A model generated the notes under the pieces. It searched no databases. It was not told the origin of the DNA and was given only the letters and a program-made list of their open reading frames with translations. A stretch of DNA of 63,666 nt, counting the filler, from Basidiobolus ranarum (Eukaryota): the NCBI GenBank assembly GCA_040143965.1. It is 13 parts of 13 records of this genome, joined end to end, with 100 filler letters (N's around TTAATTAATTAA, not from the genome) between each part and the next. Parts side by side here need not be neighbours in the genome. Positions count along the whole stretch, not along the records: positions 34,405 to 39,202 come from JASJQH010001824.1; positions 39,303 to 44,099 come from JASJQH010001825.1; positions 44,200 to 48,994 come from JASJQH010001826.1; positions 49,095 to 53,888 come from JASJQH010001827.1; 9 more parts are not named here. One strand, 5' to 3'. This document shows, one piece after another, positions 37,690 through 49,519 of this stretch (positions within the stretch are counted from its first letter, which is position 1; each line of letters opens with the position of its first letter). A program made the position numbers and the translations under genes.

Positions 37690-39202
37690 TGTTAAGAATG
37701 GGGGGATATTTAATATGCATGGTTGGAAATAATATCTGTCCAATATCAATGACAGTTGATATAGGTCAAGGTGCTCTATGGCCTGAAGTTTTTGGTGTTG
37801 CATCTCTAACCTCTACAAGATATCTGAAATGCATACAGGAGATATTTCTGAGTCCCTATACATCATCAAAAGTAGCAGGGAATCTGCAAACAAAAAAATA
37901 GCAGGCAAGGAGAATGCTAAAATAAATATCAGTAGTGCTGGAGGAAAAACAAAAACCTGAAGGACAGTAAGGAAATGGTCACAACAAAGAACTGGACAAG
38001 GAGTGAAAGTAAACATAAAAAGCTGGAAAGCAAGAGATACCTGGTATACCACAAGGCAGAAAAAAGAATTTAGGAAAGAATTTTTATAAATAACTGATAT
38101 AGGCCAGACTAGAGTCTGATCAAAGAATACATTGGGCTTATATATATGTTGTAAGGCAAGATGTAGGATATATATTAGGGAATATACTGTGGCAAGTCAG
38201 ACAGTTGGGGTTGTAGGGGTGTGATAACCTATTAGATATTGGACTTGATAATTGGGGTGCTGTGACCTTCCATAGAAGACACTGTAGAAGTACACTACTC
38301 TTTCTAGAATGTGATTGGACAGGTTTCATGGAACATTCTTAAGAACATGGTTTCTTGATTTGGAAACTTGGGGGAGCAGTATATGAATACCAAGAAAGGG
38401 TGGGACAGTCAATATGTCATGTAATCTTACAATAGGTATATCACAGCATAGTCAGTTGATATACCAGATTGGAATCCTGACAGAAACTGACTGCAGGGCT
38501 AGATGTGATGGGATAAGAAAATACTTTTGGAATATTCACTTGGATTACTTTTGTTCATCAAATGATATGGAAATATAATACATGTGATAAGCTATAAATA
38601 ATTGATTCATGCAACATTCTCAAGAATGTACTTACTGGATGTGGTAGCATGAATGAAGCATGCAAATGCCAAGCATAGGGACACAGTAAATGTAGTAATG
38701 TGATCAATTAGTAGATACACTTGAATCAGCTTAGAGGACATGCCAAGATCAGAATCATAGTGCTGAGAATCAGTCATGTATATACACAAGTTTGGAAGGC
38801 TTATGGAAATTGAAATTGTGAAATATGGGAATCAACTTACTGTTGCAGCTTTTATGACAAAGAATACACTAGAGATAATTATAGCCCACAGGGATGCCAA
38901 TACTATGTAGCTAGCAATACAAAATATGGAAATTAGTGGAAATGACTGAAAAATACTATATATCATGTTTAAAACAGTGATTGTATTTATACATTTGGGT
39001 AATAAACCTATGCTTAGTCAGGATTATTCTCCCTATGAGAAAGCCACTTGACTAATGCTAACAAGTCAGATCTAATAATATTTGTATATCAAGAATAATT
39101 AATCACATACAACTTCATATCCAAAGTTCAATGATCATGTAGTATATTCAATTCATATTAACTTTATGCTATATTATAGGACTGATTTGAAGGGAATGTG
39201 AC
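37690..39202. repeat. Unclassified decayed, CpG-depleted repeat DNA
   Basis: Almost no CpG and no long ORF; only a weak LINE-RT-like fragment on minus (QFLSGFQSGIST). Confidence 0.4.
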
Positions 39203-39302
39203 NNNNNNNNNNNNNNNNNNNNNNNNNNNNNNNNNNNNNNNNNNNNTTAATTAATTAANNNNNNNNNNNNNNNNNNNNNNNNNNNNNNNNNNNNNNNNNN
39301 NN

Positions 39303-41288
39303 CATCAGGTAAGTTAGTTAAAGCCCAACTTTTATTATTCATCAAAGCCTGATACTCATCAGCCATTGCAGATCTCCAAAATTTTGTGTGAGGGTCATTC
39401 AGGGCCATTTTACAGTCTGGGGCTCATGTATTTGAGCTGTGCAGGCATTGGCCAAAATCTGGGACTCTTTGATAGAGTAATCAGGGCTATTTTGGATCCA
39501 ATTTGATCTCCTCATTTGAGATAAAGTTGCGGCAACTTCTGGCATACTATTGGGCACTTTGGTAGGCTGAATTTAGATTGAAGGGTCCACAGGAGTATTA
39601 TTTTCTTCATTGTTTTGGTTTGAATCATTTTGAACATTTGGATCAGGAAAAAAAAATTTTATCAACATCTGTGGTCATTTTGGATGAAACCTTTTCACTT
39701 TCAGTAAAGAAAACATCCATGGACTTGACTAACTTTGAAACTTTTGTATTATAGAGTCTGTAAGCCTTAATTTGAGTACAAAAATCCAGATATATGCATT
39801 TCTTACTTTTTGGATCAAATTTAGGCCAATTGTTGGTCACAATTTTGTCATAAGCAATGCATCCAAAGATCTTCAAATGTTTTACATCAGCCTTAACTCC
39901 AATCAAAGCTTCATATGATCTACAGTTAGATAGACTTCTAGCAAAGCTCCTATACTTCACATATACAGCTGTAGCAACAGATTCTGTCCAAACATTATGA
40001 GATAAATTTTATGCATTTATCATAGCACTTGCCATTTCTATCATAGTCCTGTTAGCTCTTTCAGCAACACCATTTTGTTGAGGTGAATAGGGGGCAGTAG
40101 TTTGTTGCTTAAATCCATGATCTTTGAAAAAGTGCTTAAAGAGTGTTGAAGTATATTCTGCACCATTATCAGTAAGTATTTTCTTGATTTTAGTTCCAGT
40201 TTCAGTTTCCACAATTGTTTTAAAATCTCTAAAGATAGAGAGGGCTTACTCAACAGCTTCTATCTCAGCAAAGAGCAAATTTGCATTGAAAAGAGCCATG
40301 TATTATTCATGTCAAACTTTGCCATTTACAGTAGCTTGATACTTTTGAACCAGACATTTTCTATGACCAAGCACTCTCCGCAAGCTAATGCAATATTAAT
40401 GGCACCTAGGAGTATGATAGGTTACTGCCACCAAATTTGGGTAGACACATAGATAGTGTTAGTGGTAGCTTGTGGGTCTCAACTGCTACTATACAACATG
40501 CATACCTCTCCAAATAATCTGCATTCATAACATTATCTTAAGTTTACCTGGGATTCTTGGAAATGATGCAGGAAGTGAGAACTATGAATTGATATACCTT
40601 GTGTTGCTTCATGTAATGAAATGATTTATTCTTTATTACCATAATGCTCCCTCATGTAGGTAGTCTTGTGCATTTGGTTAATGTATGTGAGCTCATAATA
40701 CCCATGGTAGGGTTGAAGTGGTCACCTCCCATGAAAACCTTTCTAATTGGGATTTCTTCATAATCCATAAACTAATGTCTTTCATTGGTGAAATGTTGGA
40801 AGGCTCCAGAATCAACATACCATGTCTGAGAATCCTTATTGGTAGTCATAGATAGAGCAGAAATGACAAGTAATCTTCTGTTACAACCACATTTTCAGAT
40901 TTAGTATATTTTCTTCTTTTGCTGTTCATTTAATGCAATCTTTGCTTCAATAGCCAGTTCTTTTACCATAATCACAGAATGTGTTACTTTTCTTCTTAGA
41001 GTGCTTTTGAACTTGATAGGAAGGTTTCTCATAGCCTATTAAAGCATTTTATTCATTCTTTTGGTTGGGTCTCAATTTGCATAAATCTTCATCTGCAAGT
41101 CCACTGAATATGTATTTTGAGGTCAAATTTTCCGTGCTTGATTCTAGAGCCATTACTAGGCTCTGAAACATGTGGACAGGCTATTTGGGACTGTAACCAT
41201 GATATCCTGATCAGTGGTCAGTATTCCAATGCATTCCATTTCTTCTACTAAAATAGCAACTCTTAGGGTAAGCCTCAGGCTCATCACC
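39303..41288 (-). mobile_element. Degenerate Ty1/Copia (second LTR family): gag/protease/integrase with a 463-bp foreign insert
   Basis: LTDNGAEY..TAPYSPQQNGVAERANRT, HLKIFGCIAY..KFDPKSKKCIYL..KAYRLYN and WYVDSGA; PBS GGTGATGAGCC adjoins the LTR. Confidence 0.9.
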
Positions 41289-41675
41289 TGTTAAAATGTT
41301 TGGGAACCTGTTGCAAGTGGTTTGGAGAAATAGAGAAATAGTGGTTTTCACTTATTGATATATTGAGCAGAAAGCTGACATTTATAGTTTTTTCAGCAAG
41401 TAAGCAAATAATATGTAGATTGTGTTAAGGAAGGTTGCAGGAACATGTACACAAATTTTGGGGCTTCTAACACAAATTTGTAAAATCTATATATTTGAGA
41501 ATTTCTAAGTTGGTAAAAATATTCTAAGCAAATTCCAATTGAGAATAATAGGTAATACCTTAGTGAAATATAAGATAACTAAGTACTAACCTATATAGCA
41601 CTATAAAGGTGTTTAAGCAATGCCAATTTCAACATATATGACAATATAGGTGTTTAGGCAATGCTAATTTCAACA
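41289..41675 (-). mobile_element. LTR of the second Copia family, with its TGTTGAAATT terminus duplicated (ends at 41634 and 41675)
   Basis: TG..CA termini; homologous to 63553-63666. Confidence 0.75.
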
Positions 41676-42393
41676 GGCTTTATGACACCAGGAGAAAGGG
41701 CAACAAACATATATGTTTATATTGTGTAAAATATTTTTGCCAGCTTAAAGTATTTGGTTAAAGACCATCTCTCCTAGTGACCCTGCTGCTACACTCAAAC
41801 TATCTGCCACCTTAACTAGAACGCTGGAAATTGACCAAGTCTGTAGAATCTCTGCATGATAACATGATGGTATCAAGTAACAAGAATAATTTTGATAGAT
41901 TTTATTGAAATATTTATAGTAAATTTTCCCAATTGACCATTCATCCAAACCAAATTTAAACTACTGTCATGGAAAAATGCCCGAATTGAGGTCAATAATT
42001 TTTTATCAACATCTAAAGTAATACCAATAAATATTTATCTATCACTAGTGAATATAAATATTACAAAATAGGCATTCAGATTTGGTAATCAGTAACTGCC
42101 CAAGTTGACAGACTATTTATCAAACAGTAGATCCTTGGCAGATTGTTCATACCTTCTTGATATTCAACTTGTATTGTAATTGGCCATTGTGTTAGAGTGC
42201 CTTCACAATGCTGTCAACTTGTCCATGTCTTGAAAGTTTAACATAGTGCTGGTAAAAAGTGAACTTGTTATTTATGTGACTTTTGCTCAGCCCATGATTA
42301 AGAAGCGGTTTCTACGGTGGGCTAGTACTGACTCTCACATTAGACTATTTTAATGGGTTGTAAAGCCACTTAACTGTACGACGTGCGGTGAGA

Positions 42394-42856
42394 TTCAACC
42401 CTACCATGGGTATTATGAGCTCACATACATTAACCGAATGCATAAGACTACCTACATGAGGGAGCATAACGGTAATAAAGAATAAATCATTTCATTACAT
42501 GAAGCAACGCGAGGTATATCAATTCATAATTCTCACTTCTTGCTTCATTTCCAAGAATCCCAGGTGAACTTAAGATAATGTTATGAATGCAGATTATTCG
42601 GAGAGGGATGCATGTTGTATAGTAGAAGTTGAGACCCACAAGCAACCACTAACACTATCTATGTATCTACCCAAATTCGGTGGCAGTAACCTATCATACT
42701 CCTAGGTGCCATCGATATCGCATTAGCTTGCGGAGAGTGCTCGGCCACAGAAAATGTCTGGTTCGAAAGCACCGAAATACTGTAACTAGCAAAGTTTGAC
42801 ATGAATAACACACGGCTCTTTTCAATGCAAATTTGCTCTTTACTGGGATAGAAGCT
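42394..42856. repeat. 463-bp segment present as an inverted copy at 40255-40717
   Basis: The reverse complement aligns over the full length; both copies are 463 bp. Confidence 0.95.
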
Positions 42857-43437
42857 AATGAGTTCCTTTCTTATGTGCAAGGCAACTCGAATTGAACCTT
42901 AGGATATTTTTAGTGCCTTCAAATACGCTTAAATTCTTTACAAAATGGAATCTTTAATGCTTGTAACTCTTTCGTAACACATTGGAATTAAAGTGTTTCT
43001 AATCCATGAAACTGAGTAGTAATTTAGGGGATTAGGAGATTTTTACTATTTCGCAGGACAACAAAAATCAGTTCTCCAAATCTTCTGGTATCTCCAGTAT
43101 CAATGGAGAGAGTTTACTCAAATCACGGTAGCCAAGTATTAGGCTTCAAGCTGCATCAACTGCAACGTAATCCTTGTTATGCAACAAAACCACTTACCCT
43201 ATTATTGGATATGGGGGTTATATGTTCGATCTATACATGCATAGCATACCAAAAATATACTAGTCAATCCCAACTCTGTTCACCAAAGAAAAACAATACT
43301 AAATATTTGTCGATGATTGGTTAATTAAGGCGAGCCAAATTATACTACTTATATTCTTCGAGCTAACGGAAGTCTGAACAGTGCATAATCTAGAAATAGT
43401 TCACATATATTCAAAAAAATATTTCTTCAAATAACAA

Positions 43438-43468
43438 CCACCCGGGTGGGGGTCGAACCCACGACTTT
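43438..43468 (-). pseudogene. tRNA 3'-half remnant (T-arm/B-box plus acceptor 3' strand)
   Basis: GTCGTGGGTTCGACCCCCACCCGGGTGG; no matching D-arm or 5' acceptor strand upstream. Confidence 0.55.
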
Positions 43469-44309
43469 CTCCTCTGAGCAAAAAGCGATGGCAATGTCGG
43501 AGACAATATAGTGCTTCAATCAACTTTATACTTCGCATAAATATAGCTGGTAACAGAACCTCAACATTCACCAATTTTCATGTCTTTATCTTTCCTACAT
43601 GCTTCACAATTGCCGAAACTTTTGTAAAAATGCACAAATCTCCAGAACTACTAGATGAAACGTTACCAAACTTTCGGGAGATAATTCCGTACTATTATTC
43701 TACTATATGTACAAAGTACAAAACACGCCAACATTGCAAACAAAAGTCACAGGACATCTGAAATGGGTCGTCACCTTTGTTTACTGGTTTCGAATCTATC
43801 ACACTCTCAAATCCGGCAGGAATGCCACTCGATTTTCCCCTGATCAACCCTATAAAAATGACACAATCGAAATAAAGTTAATCAGTCAATTTGTTGGCGA
43901 TAAATGTTGTTCACCAATAAGATAGCAGTTGATATTGATGTGTACGGAGTGTATGAAGAATAAGAATTCTTGAAGCGCAAGATGTTTGGTAAACAACTGC
44001 TTAAGAGCTTCAATTTATTCATGTGTTATATATATATATTTATATATTTATATTTCTGAAAACTTATGGTCTCTGATTCATTCTTTGCTAGTGTGCCATN
44101 NNNNNNNNNNNNNNNNNNNNNNNNNNNNNNNNNNNNNNNNNNNTTAATTAATTAANNNNNNNNNNNNNNNNNNNNNNNNNNNNNNNNNNNNNNNNNNNNA
44201 AGTAACACAGGATAGTTAATGTTGTAATTAAGTATACGGTAAAATGTTGGACTACTTTTTTGCCGGAAACGTGGAAATTGATCGGGGAAAAACCGGGACC
44301 GTAATATAT

Positions 44310-44447
44310 TGCAACGGTACAATTGTTGAAGACGAAGAACTTGGTGAAGTCATCCAACTTCAAGGTGATCAACGTATCAAGGTCGCCACTTTCTTGGTTC
44401 AACAAGGAATTACCAAGAAGGAGCTGATCAAGATCCACGGTTTCTAA
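44310..44447 (+). CDS. SUI1: Translation initiation factor eIF1/SUI1, C-terminal part only
   Basis: CNGTIVEDEELGEVIQLQGDQRIKVATFL..IKIHGF*. Upstream sequence is unrelated and lacks an AG acceptor. Confidence 0.9.
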   Translation, partial: CNGTIVEDEELGEVIQLQGDQRIKVATFLVQQGITKKELIKIHGF

Positions 44448-46049
44448 ATGACGAACGTAAAAATAATCCTCACTCCTATTGAGTTATTTGTCCAGAATGT
44501 TGAGATGTTTCTTTTGAAAGATAGATGCTTTATAAACACAAGACGTCCAACAAACTAACCTTCTACCACCTCTCACATTCTTTGGTTTATTAATGAAATT
44601 GTCATTGATATTCTGATAATAAACATACCAACAAGAGATGTACTCTTGTCGTTATTTCTCTACTTTAGTGAGTAATTGCAGTATTTTTGATATCCAGAGA
44701 CTGATCTCTGAGTGAACTTGGACTACGACTTTTGGGAGTATTATCCATGCATCCATGATGTGGTTCTAGAAAATCATGGCAGAATGATAGCTAATATTCA
44801 ATTATATGCATTCGTAGTTTATGGTCAAGTAAGGATATGGAAGTGGTAACAGATATTTCAACCAAGCTAGAGTTCCTCTGAGAATGGATGGTCAGTAGAC
44901 TCGTTTTAGCCTGTTGTGACCATTCCGAGACTAAGCAATATCAGTTAAGGTTAGATTTAGTATATTGACATATCGAGAGGGATCATCATAGACCCAGTAG
45001 ATTACGGTAAAATAGCCACGCTATTAATCAGAGAAACGGTCAAGTCTGTTTCATTACTCCATTGAATTAATCACACACCAGCATCTATGAAGATAAATAC
45101 TCGCATGGAATTATCACCGTATTCTGATAAAATTGTCCCGAATGAACACCTGGGTTTGTATGCTGTGTAAATTCTCGCTCAACATCTACATTCTTGGTGC
45201 AAATGATACAATAGTTCTTTACGCCACCAAGTTTAGTTGTAGTAGGTACACTCACAGTGGTTCAATTCGCTGGTTTTGACGAGTGGCGGCGTCATTTTCT
45301 TTCCCAATAAGTGTCCATCTAAACTACGATGCTGGTTGGAGATGATCAGCACCAACACCAGCAACTAATAACGCCACACGTAGACAGATACATGCAGGTG
45401 TGGCAGTCCAGAGTTAGTTGATTTTTGTCCGGCATCTCCTTAGGGGTAGGGTTGTGAATGGATACGACAGTTGCAGATGGTATGCATCAACCACCTCCTT
45501 CAGAAATGTCAAACTTTGGCACATGCAGGAATCAGAAGCAGTCCTATTCGCCATGTCATTGCGTGAAATGATTGGGATTTTTCAGGGAATTATTACTCAA
45601 GCCAACGCCAAATATGCTGGGATTCTTGTCAACGTGCTCCATACGAACTGCAAGATTTGGCATTGATCGATCTATTATAAAGATAGGCAAAATAACACAA
45701 CGAATCGCCAAACTTCCTTACTCGAAATCAGAGACCGTACATCGCAACTTTCGCTCTACACTGTCCATCTTGACCAGAATTTCATGGAATTGATCGCTGA
45801 TGTGTTAAAGCACTAGTAGGACACAAGGGACACAACACGTGAGATCCGAGCTTTGAGCAGAATCTCGGTATGAAAAGGTTTTGGGTGCTAGTTTATCAAA
45901 GCAGGTAACGAGATTGATTTGTTTTTTCAATAGGCCATATTTGAATCATGGTATCTTCATCACTTCAAACTGCCTGATTTATGCCAAGGTAGCCAGATAG
46001 AGGAAATCCCTGAGCCCCTTTCATAGGTTCTTCCTTTGTCCACTCTCTT

Positions 46050-48400
46050 TCATGTGATAATAACCTCAACTGTTCCGTAAGCCTCAATAGTGATCAGCAC
46101 CAGAGATGCCCATTGTGGATCCCAAACATCATGCGAGCTAATAGCTTTACGGAAAATAGCTGTATGAAGATCCTTCTCCGTTTAGCATAATCAATCAAAG
46201 TCACATGCTAAATGAATTCCTTGTTGAAGTTTGGTAATTATCAATGGTAATAAAGATCAAGCTATTTTCTCAAACACTATATACGGAAGGATTGCCCAGG
46301 TTTTCGGGACTGTTTCTAAAACCCCAGTTACAATGCAATTACTTCAGTCGGCGCAAACACAGATCACCACTTACAGCATGCTGGTCAAGTATGGAATTTG
46401 ATCTAGTCGTCACATATGCTCAGTTTCTGGCATCGTAATTTGACATCATCTGAGACGCCTGAATTTCATCATTTGATAGCAGAATGAAGCATGTTCGAGG
46501 AATAAGTGGATCCAGACTGCCCCGGGGAAATCCAAATAGATATATTCTCTTACTACAGAGGTCATTTCTCCCTCTGCATATTTTATCACGCAGATTATCA
46601 CTGCCCCTATCTAGGCCCAGGGCACTAAGGGGCCATCCAAGAGGCAATTTGAAGCTCGCAATCAGCAAGATAACAATACGCCCATATCTACCACCTATGG
46701 AATTCCAAACTGGTGAAATGAGTGGCCATGAATAAGAGTCTGGGAAGACATCAATCGATCAACAGAATTGATTTTCTTGCCTGCCTATCTAACAATAGGC
46801 TATGGCCCATTGCACTTAGTCGATTGACATCACAAAGATCTAGGCTTGTTCAAAATTTCCTAAATGACTGAATGGCAGTTCTGACTATAATGTCTTTGCA
46901 TCTTCTAACTCATCATCTAACTCATGTATCTCCACCTCTCTTTGACTATATCAGACTGATTAAACAAGGTGATTACTAGGCACGTCTACCAGTTCAAGAT
47001 TGGTCTGAGATCTCATTATCTTTCCTGTTGCGTCTGAATGTGATTAACAATTGAATTTTGGGATACTTCGCCACGTGGCCCACCAAAGCCGTTGGAGCAG
47101 TATAGGTACAATGATGGCACTATCCTCGGTGCTTCAGGAAATCAGCATGTTGGATTCTCCTTCTTAGGAATACGAAACAACACCTTTCCAATCCGAACTA
47201 TAGTGTTTCTTGCCAGCCAATTTGCAGCTTGGTTTCTTTAGCCACTCAATCCTGGCCCAGAGTTGGAGAGACTTCCTGATAGCCCATATATTTCACATGA
47301 AATCAGTAACATTTCTGGCTTACAGACCGTTTCATTGGCGGAAAGAGATTGATGAAATACTAAATTGGGATGATTTGAGAGTTCGAAAGGTAATACACTA
47401 AGATAAATCGCTTTTACATGGCGCCCATTTCTTTGTAGAACGGAGTGCTTTTGCTCGAATAAGGGAAAAGAAACACTTACGTTGGGGCACCTCACCAATC
47501 CATATTCCATCCGCAAGAGAATTTCCATCATCCTTGATTCTGATAAAATATAGGCGTTACAAGTATGCAACCGTCACATTCAGAGAGGCGCTAGTTCAAG
47601 ACATGATGTTGAACCAAGTATTGATAAAACTGAATCAACATGGAGAGTGCCACCAAACTTATTTTGGAGATGCAGTGAACAAAAGTTCCATTTTTCCTTG
47701 AAAGTTGGCAGAGCTGTGATTGACCACAGCAGGGCAATCGAGAGAATCTCGTTCAATTATGGAACAAACTGATGGAACAATACATCGATACTGATGGTGT
47801 TCCAAACGTCATGTTTCAAGGTTGACGAAGAAGTGATCATATTTCAGTTGCACGTTGAATGTTCTGCTCCCTTGTGCTAGAGTTTCCCGATATTAACTCT
47901 TCTCAGATCTCATACGTAGCATCACTACATGATAGTACCTTATGGCCAATCCTGGATCGCTCCGAACATTGTGAGTTTAAAGGGAGCTCTGATTAGCGAA
48001 GAAATTTTCCTCTCAGATCGTTTCTACTGATTCTCTCAGTTTTCAAGCCTTCTCCCTAACCGGATCGAGATCAGTGGCCAGTCAGAAAAGAGACTGGCCG
48101 TGCCCAATCAATCTGTAGCGAGTTTGAATAAATATTCATTGGCACAACTTGCACGCCCAGCAATATAGTGTATTTTCTAAGGTACTTCAGAAAAAGCGTA
48201 GTTTGGTTACCATTCCAATGTAAAACCATGGTTCGGACTTTTAAAACTTTGATCAATCAGATAAAGTTCCTCATGTTTCTATGCCCTTTTGAAACATGCT
48301 CAAGCAATCGATCACCATGATCCATATGTTCTAAGGCAGTATATTGAAAACACCGATATTTTCAAGGACTACCAGTATTGACTCTCCAAAACGCACTAAT
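46050..48400 (+). pseudogene. Endogenous viral element: eroded mononegavirus-like L (RdRp/capping) gene
   Basis: Motifs in collinear order across frameshifts: DNNLNCSV (46056), GHP (46631), SRLVQNFLND (46839), QGDY* (46965), FLPANL, NPYSI (47497), FP*KLAEL, GNRENLV, QSW (47947), P*xGSRS (~48054), DHH (~48310). Confidence 0.65.
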
Positions 48401-48776
48401 GCAGCAATTGTAGAATGGGACAGTCCCACACAATACCATTTCGGAAACTCAATCCGTGGTACCTTGTCGCCAATATTTCGAAATTTACATCATCTTTTTT
48501 ACTTGATATAATAGTACGCCTTATCATGATCATCTATACATGGTAGTATTAGTGGTGAATTCAAATTCCCTACCTTTTTTTAATTTAAATGAGACGCTCT
48601 TGCTTGCTGGGTGGCCATATATATAAAGCATCTATTTGTGGGCTCGATCAACCGCACAGCTGAAGAACATCTCCATCCTCTTTAGTTAGCCACACATTGT
48701 TGAGCTAGACACATTCTCTCTTTAAGCACTAGGGATATCAGTACATCTTCACGGTTTATTTTCACTCTTCACAACC

Positions 48777-48994
48777 ATGTTTCTCGAAACCAACTCTGCC
48801 AAAAGTAAGTTTTTGAACAAATATTTTCAATCAGTTATCCAAGGAAGGCGCTTCTCCACTGATGGCCCGCTGCGCATCAATAAGTTAACCATCAAAGACC
48901 TTTCCACTCTCTCGCGTGAAAGTGTATCCAATGACTACCCTAGAGTAAACAGCAGTGTTCTTGACGAAGTATTGGACGACTTTCAATTAGAAAC
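48777..48994 (+). CDS. 5' end of an unknown gene, cut by contig end
   Basis: TATATAAA at about 48620, pyrimidine-rich leader, ACC ATG context and open frame to the gap; no family recognised. Confidence 0.45.
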
Positions 48995-49132
48995 NNNNNN
49001 NNNNNNNNNNNNNNNNNNNNNNNNNNNNNNNNNNNNNNTTAATTAATTAANNNNNNNNNNNNNNNNNNNNNNNNNNNNNNNNNNNNNNNNNNNNGTTCTT
49101 CCTACACCAAGCCCTCAAAGTCAAACTCCAAC

Positions 49133-49226
49133 GGACCCAGCCATGGTAATTGCCATATTGCAACAGATGGTGTACTAGCAGGCTGGATTGAGTGGCACAA
49201 TCTGACCTTGTCCAATGGAACAAGTC
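49133..49226. repeat. 94-nt dispersed repeat (inverted copy 53786-53879; diverged copy ~6632-6720)
   Basis: Direct alignment of the reverse complements. Confidence 0.85.
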
Positions 49227-49519
49227 TATAATAGTTAACTTTAGTTATAATACATATATCAAAAACAGAAAGCACTGTATCTATAGCCCCTGTACTCTGA
49301 ATAGGAATATCTCTATATTAATATAACAAGCATGTCTTATTACCCCCACTTATCTATTATATCTTAATACACAAACTCCTGAATATCTCTAACAATTGAT
49401 TTACTTTTCTACTATATAATTCAACATATGCTCTTGAGAATAAACTAACTAAAACAAACTATCATAAGTTGCTTCTAATACTCAAAGTCTACCCCCATTA
49501 TGTCAAGATCCTCCAACAA

